Assembly (NCBI RefSeq): GCF_024502345.1
Contig: NZ_JALDNN010000001.1
Direction: 5' to 3' (one strand)
DNA: 64,000 nucleotides
DNA from: Escherichia coli
GTDB lineage: Bacteria > Pseudomonadota > Gammaproteobacteria > Enterobacterales > Enterobacteriaceae
Of the stretch, positions 29,284 to 39,031 are shown piece after piece. The notes beneath the pieces are model-generated. The model worked only from the letters and a program-made list of their open reading frames with translations. It searched no databases and had not been told where the DNA came from. Both the position numbers and the translations under genes were made by a program. How positions within the stretch are numbered: position 1 is the first letter of the stretch; the number at the start of each line of letters is the position of its first letter.

Positions 29284-30035
29284 GTGAAAAAGAATCGCCA
29301 TCAATGAAAGCGTTACGCATTGTCTATGGTGATGAGGTCATCGTCGTACAGTGTGTTCCGCGTCAGGTCGTAAAGGGCAGGGTGCTCATTAAGGTTTATC
29401 CGGACTGCCGGGTTGTGGCCTCTGTACCGCCTGAAACACCGGAGCACGAGGTATTGTCTGCGCTGAAAAAACGTGGGCGCTGGATATACCAGCAACTGCG
29501 TGATTTCAGGGAGCAACAGATACACATTGTTCCGCGTCAGTATGTCAGCGGAGAAAGCCATTATTATCTCGGTAAGCAATATCAGTTGAAAGTGACAGAA
29601 GACGCTACTGTGCCGCAACGAGTGAAAATGTTGCGTGGACGTCTGGAAGTGACTGTCAGACACAAATCGGCAGAAAAGATTAAAGCCTTGCTGGCTGAAT
29701 GGTATCGGGAACGTGCCAGAGATGTTTTTCAGCGCAGGCTTGATTTACTGATTCCGCAGACCCTTTGGGTCAGTGAGCGTCCTCCGATACGTCTGCGGGC
29801 GATGCAAACGCAATGGGGCAACTGTTCAGCAAAAGGCTGTCTGACCCTGAATCCATGGCTGGTTAAGGCATCTTCAGAATGTATCGATTATGTTTTGCTA
29901 CATGAGTTATGCCATGTGGCTGAGCACAACCACAGCGAGGAGTTTTACCGTCTGATGGGACAGGTTATGCCGGGCTGGGAAAAGGTTAAGAAGCGACTGG
30001 ATGGTATGGCTGGGATGTTGTTGGCAGATATGTAA
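29280..30035 (+). CDS. DUF45/YgjP-like predicted zinc metallohydrolase (M48/WLM-like)
   Basis: 251 aa; HELCHVAEHNHSEEF metal-binding signature; start overlaps hsdR stop. Confidence 0.7.
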   Translation: MSEKESPSMKALRIVYGDEVIVVQCVPRQVVKGRVLIKVYPDCRVVASVPPETPEHEVLSALKKRGRWIYQQLRDFREQQIHIVPRQYVSGESHYYLGKQYQLKVTEDATVPQRVKMLRGRLEVTVRHKSAEKIKALLAEWYRERARDVFQRRLDLLIPQTLWVSERPPIRLRAMQTQWGNCSAKGCLTLNPWLVKASSECIDYVLLHELCHVAEHNHSEEFYRLMGQVMPGWEKVKKRLDGMAGMLLADM

Positions 30036-30093
30036 CTTATCAATATGAGTTCTTAAGAGTTTGGTCAGTCTCGTTAATGCAGGGAGTATAATA

Positions 30094-31932
30094 ATGAGTA
30101 AGTTAGATAATAAAATTGAAGCACGCCATCGTAATTTGTTTGATGTTCTAAATGCGCAAAAATATACCGTTGATTACTTTCAGCGCGAGTATAGCTGGGG
30201 TGAGAAACATATTGAAGAGTTGGTTACAGACTTAACATCTGCGTTTCTCAATGAATACACAGTCGGTGATTCTCGGGAGCAGGGTGAAAACTACAATAAT
30301 TATTACTTAGGACCATTTGTTGTGAGTAGTAAAGATGGAAAGCGGAGTATTATTGATGGTCAGCAACGACTGACTTCATTAACTTTATTTCTAATTTACC
30401 TCCATAATCTTCAGAAAGAACTTAAATATGAAGAGAAAATAGAATCAATGATTTTCTCCGAGCTACGTGGCAGCAAATCATTCAATATAGTAGTTGAAGA
30501 CAGAATTCCTTGCATGGAAGCATTGTTTAATTTTGGTAGCTATAGTTTAGTTGATGGGGATGATGAGTCAACCCATAACATGGTGGAGAGATATCAGAAT
30601 ATCACAGATGCTTTTCCTGATGAGTTAAAAGGTCAGGCTTTTCCTTTTTTTATCGACTGGCTTAAGTATAACGTTATTATGGTTGAGATAGTCGCCTATT
30701 CAGATGAAAACGCATATACCATCTTTGAGACTATGAATGACCGAGGATTGAATCTTACTCCGTCCGAAATGCTTAAAGGTTTTTTACTTTCACGTTTTCA
30801 TCAGGGAGATAAACGCCAAAAGGCAAATGAACTCTGGAAAAAAGCGATGATGGATTTAAAAAGCTATGACAAAGATGAAGACCAACGTTTTTTCCAGTCA
30901 TGGTTGCGTGCTCAATATGCTGATACAATACGCCCGGGTAAAGCTGGTTCAAAAAATGAAGACTTTGAAAAAATAGGTACGCGTTTTCATAGCTGGGTTA
31001 GAGATAATCTTCAGGCGGTGGGATTGGACCCAGATAATGGTGAGACATTCGAACGATTTATACAAAAAAACTTTTTGTTTTATTTGAATGCCTATACACA
31101 AATACTGAATGCTGAGAGAGTATTAACGCACCAACTGGAATATGTATTTTATATCCACCATTGGGGTATTGCACCTACTTTAAGTTTTCCTTTGATGTTG
31201 GCTCCATTAAATGTAGGTGACAGTCCTGAGGCTGTGATAGCCAAAATAAACCTAGTGGCTCGCTATATTGAAACGTTTGTTGTTCGTCGTTCTGTTAATT
31301 TCCGAAAATTCTCTGCCAGTTCTATTCGTTACACAATGTACAGTCTTGTTAAAGAGATTCGTGGTAAAAGTTTTGAAGAATTAAAAGATTTATTATCTAA
31401 GAAGTTATCCGAAATGCCAGATACTTTTGCAGGAATGGAAGAGTTTCGTCTCCATGGTCAAAACTATCGTTTTGTGAAGTTTTTGCTTTCTCGTATAACT
31501 GCGTGGGTTGAGCAACAAGCCGGAATGAGTACAACCTTCATTACATATTATCAGCCAGAACACGGTAAGCCATTTGAAGTCGAGCATATTTGGGCCGATA
31601 AATATGAACGTTACTCTGATGAGTTTGAACAAGAGCACGAATTTAACAATTACAGAAATCGCTTAGGTGATTTGGTTTTATTACCTAGAGGCTCAAACCA
31701 GTCATATGGTGATTTGTGTTACGATCAAAAGCAACCTCATTACATCAAAGAGAATCTCCTGGCTAAATCGTTATGCCCATTGGCATATATGAATAACCCT
31801 AATTTCAATCAGTTGAGAAATGTATTCGGATTGCCTTTCAAACCACATGATTCATTTAAAAAACAAGATGTCGATGAACGACAGTCTTTGTATAAAATAA
31901 TTTGTGAGAATATTTGGGGCCATAATTTATAG
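30094..31932 (+). CDS. DUF262 + DUF1524 protein (GmrSD-family-like, predicted type IV restriction endonuclease)
   Basis: N-terminal IIDGQQRLTSL (DUF262 DGQQR motif), C-terminal FEVEHIWA His-Me finger-like (DUF1524); RBS ggag before ATG 30094. Confidence 0.7.
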   Translation: MSKLDNKIEARHRNLFDVLNAQKYTVDYFQREYSWGEKHIEELVTDLTSAFLNEYTVGDSREQGENYNNYYLGPFVVSSKDGKRSIIDGQQRLTSLTLFLIYLHNLQKELKYEEKIESMIFSELRGSKSFNIVVEDRIPCMEALFNFGSYSLVDGDDESTHNMVERYQNITDAFPDELKGQAFPFFIDWLKYNVIMVEIVAYSDENAYTIFETMNDRGLNLTPSEMLKGFLLSRFHQGDKRQKANELWKKAMMDLKSYDKDEDQRFFQSWLRAQYADTIRPGKAGSKNEDFEKIGTRFHSWVRDNLQAVGLDPDNGETFERFIQKNFLFYLNAYTQILNAERVLTHQLEYVFYIHHWGIAPTLSFPLMLAPLNVGDSPEAVIAKINLVARYIETFVVRRSVNFRKFSASSIRYTMYSLVKEIRGKSFEELKDLLSKKLSEMPDTFAGMEEFRLHGQNYRFVKFLLSRITAWVEQQAGMSTTFITYYQPEHGKPFEVEHIWADKYERYSDEFEQEHEFNNYRNRLGDLVLLPRGSNQSYGDLCYDQKQPHYIKENLLAKSLCPLAYMNNPNFNQLRNVFGLPFKPHDSFKKQDVDERQSLYKIICENIWGHNL

Positions 31933-31990
31933 CAAAGTTGGGGTGTTAATTAATGTGTAATGGCATCATGATTTTTAAAAGGAGGTTGAA

Positions 31991-33118
31991 TTGCGTTCTG
32001 AAACGTTTTTTGTCAAATTTATTGAACAACTGAAAGGTATTTCGGTTGAGGATGATGTTGAATTCAATTTTTTTGAATTGGGTGGTTCCGGATATCTCGA
32101 AAATCCAACTACGGATTTGATGGCTTTGTTTATGGGAGCCCAGAAAATGGTGCCGCCATGGTTGCTCAAAGCATTGCTATGTTGCCTAGATGATTCCCTC
32201 GATGTTGATGAAATTGATTTCACTTCTCTGGAGCTAATGAGAGAGGCCCGAACAGAAGATGGGAAATATATTGATATTCTTATCAGACATGATGAATTCA
32301 TTATAGGTATTGAGCATAAAGTTCTGGCTGATACATATAATCCTTTTCCCAGCTATGTAAGTCTCATTGATAGTTACGGCGGCAACAATCAAAAACTATT
32401 TCGCTGTATATTAAAGCCTGACGGTAACAGCGCTAAAGGCGTAGACGGTTGGCAACTGATCAATTATTCACTGCTGCTGGAAACCGCCATTCGACGTCTG
32501 GGGTTAGAGATGATGAATCAAGAGTTCAGCAAGTGGACTTTTTTTTATCAGGAGTTTTTAAGTCATCTTAAAAAATTGAGTGAGGTTAGTATGGATAAGG
32601 TATCTGATAAAAATGTGGAGTTTGTCACTGAAAATTTCACAGCTTTGATAAAATCGGTTCAATTGCTGGAAATGTACCAAAATGCTATCACCGAGGAAGC
32701 TAAATCGGTTGTCTCAGAGGTATTGCCTGATATTCATATTGCAACAGGTATTAATAACTGGAAGGGTTACTATAAAGCAATTCATCTGATGCCGGGATGC
32801 TGGGGGCAAGGTAAAACAGGAATTACGTTAGTTTATCGCCCTTCAGAGGATGGTCGAGATGAAGCTGAGTTCTATGTATATGGATGGATACATTCAGATG
32901 ATTACCCTGAAGTTAATGCACTAAAAGAAGAAATAAGAGTTGCTTTAAGTGCTGGAGATTTCATTCCAACAGCTAGCCCTGAGGACTATGAAGTATCAAT
33001 TACTGGGAAGGGGAAAGTGCTTGAACTGAGTTTTTGGGGGAATACGAGAAGCAAAAAAGATGCACTGGTTCTTCTTAAGGATATGACTAAGTGGATGGAC
33101 TCAAAAATAAGAACATAA
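31991..33118 (+). CDS. Hypothetical protein with candidate PD-(D/E)xK nuclease motif; TTG start uncertain
   Basis: 375 aa; DILIRHDEFIIGIEHK fits D...ExK; RBS aaaggagg upstream. Confidence 0.4.
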   Translation: MRSETFFVKFIEQLKGISVEDDVEFNFFELGGSGYLENPTTDLMALFMGAQKMVPPWLLKALLCCLDDSLDVDEIDFTSLELMREARTEDGKYIDILIRHDEFIIGIEHKVLADTYNPFPSYVSLIDSYGGNNQKLFRCILKPDGNSAKGVDGWQLINYSLLLETAIRRLGLEMMNQEFSKWTFFYQEFLSHLKKLSEVSMDKVSDKNVEFVTENFTALIKSVQLLEMYQNAITEEAKSVVSEVLPDIHIATGINNWKGYYKAIHLMPGCWGQGKTGITLVYRPSEDGRDEAEFYVYGWIHSDDYPEVNALKEEIRVALSAGDFIPTASPEDYEVSITGKGKVLELSFWGNTRSKKDALVLLKDMTKWMDSKIRT

Positions 33119-33222
33119 AGTAATATGACTGAGTGATGACGATCTTTTTTAAATTGTGGATTATTAGGCTGGTAATTGAAGCGCCGAATAGACAGATATT
33201 AGAATAAAAGGAGAATATTCAA

Positions 33223-34404
33223 ATGATTTATCAGTGTGATACTTGCAGTAGAACGACTTTTGAGGTTAATTGTCCCTGGTGTAGTGGAGTTTCGCCTGTA
33301 AAAACGTCTGCATGGGGTTCAGCATCATCGACCTCACAAGCAATAGATATACAACGTATGACACCATTGAATCCATCGTTTTATCCAGAGTTTCAGTATC
33401 GTTCAAAGGGTGTTCTAAAAGATCTATTTGGGAAAAAGAAAGAGCAAACTCAGCTTAATCAATTGCTTGAAAATGTTCTCGAAAAATACTCCAGTTTAAA
33501 AGATCCATATTTTACTAACTTCATTTACACTTCCAGATTCTCACATAATAATAAATCGGAAGCAGATTACTCAACAGATAATGGTACATACTCCGAATTA
33601 CAACTTTTCCGTGAGGTGTTGGTCAGAAAAGGGTTCAATGAGCTTGAAGAGTTACCTGAGCTATTAGATAAATTACTCCTTACCACGTCATTTAACGCTC
33701 TTTATTATGGTTTCGCTAAGGAAGTTAAACGGCATATTAAATCTACACTTACTGAATCCTTGAAGTCATGGATTGAGGAAGCGGGTACCACTTTTAGGGC
33801 AGATCTTTCATTGTTTCTATTCTATATATGGAGCAATAAAATAGAGTTCTCATCAGTAGAGTTCAATGAAAAAGCGGAGGCTACGCCTGGTGTTCCTTTA
33901 GTTTCATTTGATGAAGTTAAAAAATACTTAGCTGTGTGCGAACATATTTATTTTGATATTCTGGTTGATAGATTAGCTACACGGCTCGAACATTTTAACC
34001 CTAACAAATTCGTCACCATGTATTTAGTTGATGCAATGGACGGTTTCCAGTTTGAAGATTTCCTTGTGGAAGTATTCCAGACTATGGGCTATGACGTCAA
34101 AGAAACCAAGAGAACGCAAGATCAGGGGGCAGATCTCTTCGTCACTCGATTTGGTAAGGATATGGTTATTCAGGCGAAAAATTATTCTGGTTCTGTAGGT
34201 AACTCGGCGGTGCAGCAGGTGATCTCTGCTAAAACATTCTATGGTTGTGATGAGGCGATGGTTGTGACTAATTCCTACTTCACTCGCTCTGCGAAAGAGT
34301 TAGCTGAATCAGCCTTGGTACGTCTGATCGACAGGGATGAACTGCAAAAGTATCTGGATGATTACAATCAGAAGATAATTGAAGATTTCCAGTCAAACTC
34401 GTAA
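33223..34404 (+). CDS. Protein with N-terminal zinc ribbon and C-terminal Mrr-type restriction endonuclease catalytic domain
   Basis: 393 aa; CDTCS...CPWCS; C-terminal FEDFLVEVFQTMGY...GADLFV...IQAKNY...VQQVISA matches the Mrr_cat pattern. Confidence 0.6.
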   Translation: MIYQCDTCSRTTFEVNCPWCSGVSPVKTSAWGSASSTSQAIDIQRMTPLNPSFYPEFQYRSKGVLKDLFGKKKEQTQLNQLLENVLEKYSSLKDPYFTNFIYTSRFSHNNKSEADYSTDNGTYSELQLFREVLVRKGFNELEELPELLDKLLLTTSFNALYYGFAKEVKRHIKSTLTESLKSWIEEAGTTFRADLSLFLFYIWSNKIEFSSVEFNEKAEATPGVPLVSFDEVKKYLAVCEHIYFDILVDRLATRLEHFNPNKFVTMYLVDAMDGFQFEDFLVEVFQTMGYDVKETKRTQDQGADLFVTRFGKDMVIQAKNYSGSVGNSAVQQVISAKTFYGCDEAMVVTNSYFTRSAKELAESALVRLIDRDELQKYLDDYNQKIIEDFQSNS

Positions 34405-34589
34405 CTTTGCAGTCATATAGATATAGCAAAGGACAGGTAGGCCTCCGTGAGAGGGGGACTTACCTGTGCAGATTCTGTGCTCAAAGTTATCCAAGTCTAT
34501 CTATTTACTGCCAATTACAGTAAAATGAGTAAACAATTACAGCAAAGTTTCGCAATGCACTGCTATGTAACTCATTGATCCTGCGTAGA

Positions 34590-34719
34590 ATTTAAAATCC
34601 CTCGGCGTTCGCGCTGTGCGGGTTCAAGTCCCGCTCCGGGTACCATGGGAAAGATAAGAATAAAATCAAAGCAATAAGCAGTGTCGTGAAACCACCTTCG
34701 GGTGGTTTTTTTGTGCCTG
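34590..34719 (+). repeat. attR: displaced 3' half of tRNA-Leu plus terminator (direct repeat of 7149-7276)
   Basis: Contains tRNA 3' 56 nt ending CCA at 34645, with no 5' half upstream; terminator hairpin at 34691-34712. Confidence 0.85.
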
Positions 34720-34840
34720 CAACTTGTCGTTACACCCTCCTTAATTTTTAATCACCGGCAAAGCCACTCAAAAAGTATCTCTGATACGGACCGGCATGTA
34801 AGATAGGTGCTGGCGAGTTGAGATCCACAAGGAAAAACGT

Positions 34841-35506
34841 ATGAAAACGGGACCGTTAAACGAAAGTGAGTTGGAATGGCTGGACGATATTCTGACCAAA
34901 TACAACACTGACCACGCCATCCTTGATGTGGCGGAGCTGGACGGTTTATTGACGGCGGTGTTGAGTTCTCCGCAAGAGATTGAACCGGAACAGTGGCTGG
35001 TTGCCGTGTGGGGTGGGGCTGACTATGTGCCGCGCTGGGCGTCAGAGAAAGAGATGACGCGCTTTATGAACCTGGCTTTTCAACATATGGCCGATACCGC
35101 AGAGCGTCTGAACGAATTCCCGGAGCAGTTTGAGCCGTTATTCGGCTTGCGAGAAGTTGATGGCAGCGAGCTGACGATTGTTGAGGAGTGGTGCTTTGGC
35201 TATATGCGGGGCGTGGCACTTTCTGACTGGTCAACATTGCCCGATTCGTTAAAACCAGCGCTGGAGGCGATTGCGCTGCACGGTACTGAGGAAAACTTCG
35301 AGCGGGTAGAAAAGATGTCGCCAGAAGCGTTTGAAGAGAGCGTAGATGCCATTCGACTGGCGGCGCTTGATCTACATGCGTACTGGATGGCGCATCCGCA
35401 GGAAAAAGCTGTTCAGCAACCGATCAAAGCAGAAGAGAAACCGGGGCGTAACGATCCTTGCCCGTGCGGTAGTGGTAAGAAATTTAAGCAGTGCTGCCTG
35501 CATTAA
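34841..35506 (+). CDS. yecA: UPF0149 family SEC-C motif protein YecA
   Basis: 221 aa; C-terminal [20 protein letters not shown]; conserved position next to leuZ/tyrP. Confidence 0.88.
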   Translation: MKTGPLNESELEWLDDILTKYNTDHAILDVAELDGLLTAVLSSPQEIEPEQWLVAVWGGADYVPRWASEKEMTRFMNLAFQHMADTAERLNEFPEQFEPLFGLREVDGSELTIVEEWCFGYMRGVALSDWSTLPDSLKPALEAIALHGTEENFERVEKMSPEAFEESVDAIRLAALDLHAYWMAHPQEKAVQQPIKAEEKPGRNDPCPCGSGKKFKQCCLH

Positions 35507-35567
35507 GAGGCCAAATTGGGTGTCAGCGTTAATTCTGGCACCCAATAAGGAATTTGAGGCTATCTGA

Positions 35568-36779
35568 TCACCCCACTTCTGGTAACAACCCTGCCGCAAT
35601 CAAAAATTGCACGCCAATCACAGCAATACCACAGAGAAACACCACCACCAGCGCCGGACGACCACCTTTGACCCGGTAACCCGCCTGAGGATTGTGCTTT
35701 CTGCTTTGCCAGGTCAACAGCGAAGGGATAATCAATGCCAGTACCGCCAGCGCCACACCGGCGTAACCCAGCGCCATCACAAATCCTCGTGGATAAAACA
35801 GTGCAAACGCCAACGGCGGCAGAAAGGTAATTGCACCAGTTTGCAACCGTCCACCAACGGTATTTGAACGCTGAAATAAATCAGCCAGATAATCAAATAA
35901 GCCTAACGCAACGCCGAGAAATGACGTGGCGAGGGCTAAATCAGCAAATAAATGCACTGCCAGCTCAACATGCGGAGAGGCCACCATTTCGCGTAACGCC
36001 TGTAACAGCCCGTTTAATCCAGCATGATTAGCCAGCAATCCCATAAAGGTTGTTGAATCAATGCTGCCAAGCGTTGCCACCTGCCAGAAAATATATGCCA
36101 CCAGGGGGATCGCACTACCGGTTATAAACACCCAGCGTAGCTTACGAACGTTGCCATCCATATAGCTGACAATACTCGGCACGCTACCGTGAAAACCAAA
36201 TGAGGTAAAAATCACCGGGATTGCTGACAGAGCCAGCCCCTGTTGCAACGGCAGGGTTAAAAGATTCACTTTGTGAATATGCGGTAGCAGCAATACCAGC
36301 ATCACCACCAGAAAAATAATTTTGGCGCTGAACAGAAAACGGTTAAATAAATCGACCAGCGATGTTCCAACACAAACCACGCCACCGGCAACAAAAGTGA
36401 ACAACAGCACGCCAGCGGTTGCCGACATTGAAATACCTGTCCAGTCGCTGATGCTGGAGGCCAACAATTCACCGGCACCGCTGATGTATGCCGCAGTCAG
36501 AGCATACATTAAGAACATCATACTGAAGCCCGTCAGCCACTGACCGTAGCGTCCCAGATAGCGTTTTGCCAGCGTGCCAAGACCGGTATCTGCCGGAACA
36601 TGCTGGTACACCTCCAGCAGTAATAGCGCCGTGTAGCACATCAACGCCCAAAGCCCAATCAACAAGATTAACGTGACGCTAAAACCAACACCTGCCGCAG
36701 CCAGCGGCATTGCCAGCATGCCTGCGCCAATTGTGGTTCCCGCCACGATAAAAACACTTCCCAGAGTTCTGTTTTTCAC
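35568..36779 (-). CDS. tyrP: Tyrosine-specific transport protein
   Basis: 403-aa multi-pass membrane protein of the HAAAP aromatic amino acid permease family; synteny. Confidence 0.88.
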   Translation of the reverse strand: MKNRTLGSVFIVAGTTIGAGMLAMPLAAAGVGFSVTLILLIGLWALMCYTALLLLEVYQHVPADTGLGTLAKRYLGRYGQWLTGFSMMFLMYALTAAYISGAGELLASSISDWTGISMSATAGVLLFTFVAGGVVCVGTSLVDLFNRFLFSAKIIFLVVMLVLLLPHIHKVNLLTLPLQQGLALSAIPVIFTSFGFHGSVPSIVSYMDGNVRKLRWVFITGSAIPLVAYIFWQVATLGSIDSTTFMGLLANHAGLNGLLQALREMVASPHVELAVHLFADLALATSFLGVALGLFDYLADLFQRSNTVGGRLQTGAITFLPPLAFALFYPRGFVMALGYAGVALAVLALIIPSLLTWQSRKHNPQAGYRVKGGRPALVVVFLCGIAVIGVQFLIAAGLLPEVG

Positions 36780-36969
36780 GCTTTCTTCTGTCCTGACGAT
36801 CTTTATGAGTGATATCTGCGGCGCAGGTTAAGGCATAACGGCTGCTTCGTCAAACCGACGTTACATATGGTGTAAATATAAATGTACAATAAAAAGCATT
36901 CAGTTCTGCTCTGGCGCAAAGTCTTCATAAGCGGCAATCGCTACGCTAGGCTTTTTTTGAGGAGGAACG

Positions 36970-37209
36970 ATGGACTCTATTCACGGTCATGAAGTGTTAA
37001 ATATGATGATTGAATCAGGTGAGCAATATACGCATGCCAGTCTGGAAGCTGCGATTAAAGCGCGTTTTGGTGAACAGGCACGTTTTCACACCTGCTCGGC
37101 AGAAGGGATGACAGCGGGAGAGCTGGTGGCGTTTCTGGCAGCAAAAGGCAAATTTATTCCTTCTGAAGACGGTTTTTCGACCGATCAGAGTAAGATTTGC
37201 CGTCACTGA
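36970..37209 (+). CDS. yecH: Small conserved protein YecH
   Basis: 79-aa ORF at the conserved position between tyrP and ftnA. Confidence 0.75.
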   Translation: MDSIHGHEVLNMMIESGEQYTHASLEAAIKARFGEQARFHTCSAEGMTAGELVAFLAAKGKFIPSEDGFSTDQSKICRH

Positions 37210-37246
37210 TTTGAAACGGCGGCAGAAAACCTGCCGCCGGAGAGCA

Positions 37247-37744
37247 TTAGTTTTGTGTGTCGAGGGTAGAGAGTTCTTTGTCGATAAAATACAGACCTTC
37301 GCCGCTTTTGCCTGCCAGGCTTAATTTATCAATAATCGATTTGAACAGTTTCTCTTCTTCATGCTGCTCAGAAACATACCATTGCAGGAAATTAAATGTT
37401 GGGTAGTCCTGATTGGTCATTGCAGCATGAGCCAGTTCGTTAATTTTCTGGGTGATTAATTGTTCGTGTTTATAGGTTTCCTGGAATAATTCATCAAGTG
37501 AGGAATATTCAGCAAACGGAGATTCAACGGTATTAATACGCGGTAAATTGCCGGTATCAGTCAGGTAATCAAACAGACGCTGCATATGCGTCATCTCTTC
37601 CTGGGCGTGACGGCGCAGGAACGCGGCAGCACCTTCGAAGGTATGATAGCTGCACCAGGCGCTCATTTGCTGATAAAGCAGTGAAGAGTACAGTTCCAGG
37701 TTCATCTGCTCATTAAGTTTTTCAATCATTTCTGGTTTCAGCAT
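37247..37744 (-). CDS. ftnA: Ferritin (iron storage)
   Basis: 165 aa from [13 protein letters not shown]...; ferritin-like di-iron ligands (E...ExxH). Confidence 0.9.
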
Positions 37745-37914
37745 GATAGTGCTCCACAAAGGTTATATTTGTTGCTGTGGCGTCACTATAATTTGTTATT
37801 TTATTATTTGCAAAAGGTAAAATATAAACTTCAATTATTAAAAATACGAATGGGAATAAAACGCATTACCGCTATTTCTTTAATCAGCGAAGATCCCCTC
37901 GCTGATTAAAATAT

Positions 37915-38238
37915 TTAGAGAAAGACAGGGAAGGCGGAATGATGGCACTGATATGACAAAGTGAATTCCGTATTCAAACATAAGGAACCCGCAAAAAGGC
38001 TACAGTTGCCTACTGGCTGACCAAAGGGGATCGCGTGGGTATAGCCTTCCTGCTGGCATGCGCGATCGGCGATCCCGCGACTGACATAACGATCGGTATG
38101 GGCATGCTGCAAAAAAGCCTGGTTATAAACCAACCGTACAATACCTGTTGCCGCGTCAACTTCGCTCACATGGGCCTGGCGAGTAACCGTACACCCCGCC
38201 AGCGTTATTAATGAAAGAGTCAGAATCAGAAGTCTCAT
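37915..38238 (-). CDS. yecR: Lipoprotein YecR
   Basis: 107 aa with signal peptide and lipobox LAGC; adjacent to ftnA. Confidence 0.75.
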   Translation of the reverse strand: MRLLILTLSLITLAGCTVTRQAHVSEVDAATGIVRLVYNQAFLQHAHTDRYVSRGIADRACQQEGYTHAIPFGQPVGNCSLFAGSLCLNTEFTLSYQCHHSAFPVFL

Positions 38239-38500
38239 GGTCCAGCCAGAAGAGTAAGAGAAAGCACTATTTTACGCGTTACAGCGCTGCGACAATGACC
38301 GGAAAAGACGCCTGGCAGGCGCTATTTCTTGCCATCTGTAGGTGTCAGAAATAGGGGGGCTGTTTTTTGATTATCATTTTTATAACATTAAAGGGGTGTT
38401 TATGTGATTTGTATCACATAAAGATTGATTTTTGTGATGGTTGTCATATTATAAGCGCAAAGACAATAACACCTGTATAACAAATGGTCGGAGTGCCGCG

Positions 38501-38587
38501 ATGAAACTGCGCAAAATCCTGAAAAGTATGTTCAATAACTATTGCAAGACGTTCAAAGACGTACCGCCAGGCAATATGTTCCGATAA
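38501..38587 (+). CDS. azuC: Small protein AzuC (28 aa)
   Basis: Encodes MKLRKILKSMFNNYCKTFKDVPPGNMFR; followed by a terminator. Confidence 0.85.
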   Translation: MKLRKILKSMFNNYCKTFKDVPPGNMFR

Positions 38588-38588
38588 C

Positions 38589-38614
38589 AAAAAACCTGCT
38601 CCGGCAGGTTTTTT
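38589..38614 (+). terminator. Rho-independent terminator after azuC
   Basis: Hairpin cctgctccggcagg followed by T7. Confidence 0.75.
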
Positions 38615-38701
38615 TGTGTCCTGATGACGGTGGATGTGACTATCGCTGAAGATGTGAAGCCGCTACTATAACGGCTTTCAAAATGCTATCAGGAGTTTAC
38701 G

Positions 38702-38953
38702 ATGTCCCAGCCGCTGAATGCCGATCAGGAACTGGTTTCTGATGTGGTTGCTTGCCAGTTGGTTATCAAACAAATTCTGGATGTTCTCGATGTAATCGCG
38801 CCCGTTGAAGTTCGCGAAAAAATGTCCAGCCAGCTGAAGAATATCGACTTTACTAACCATCCCGCCGCCGCAGACCCGGTCACCATGCGGGCAATCCAAA
38901 AAGCCATCGCGCTGATTGAACTCAAGTTTACCCCACAAGGCGGATCCCATTAA
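38702..38953 (+). CDS. yecJ: Small conserved protein YecJ
   Basis: 83-aa ORF at the conserved position next to ftnB. Confidence 0.75.
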   Translation: MSQPLNADQELVSDVVACQLVIKQILDVLDVIAPVEVREKMSSQLKNIDFTNHPAAADPVTMRAIQKAIALIELKFTPQGGSH

Positions 38954-39031
38954 AAAACCGCTGCTTCAAAAAGATGAGGCAGCGGTTTCTCAAAAACTTC
39001 ATCGGCGCAATGCATTAGCGCCGATGTATGA

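Larger units (their letters stand above)
7149..34719. mobile_element. tRNA-Leu-integrated genomic element of about 27.6 kb (pipolin-like; encodes a family-B DNA polymerase)
   Basis: Extra DNA between leuZ and yecA, which are adjacent in the E. coli reference; bounded by direct repeats; contains integrases, Xis, PolB, R-M and nuclease cargo. Confidence 0.85.

Noticed and set aside
29313-29663. 116-aa minus-strand ORF inside the DUF45 gene
   Set aside because: Antisense to an ORF with a clear HExxH-like metal-binding signature; no RBS.
7149-34719. Prophage interpretation of the tRNA-integrated island
   Set aside because: No capsid, tail, terminase, portal or lysis genes. The content is recombinases, a polymerase and defence genes, which fits a non-phage integrative element.
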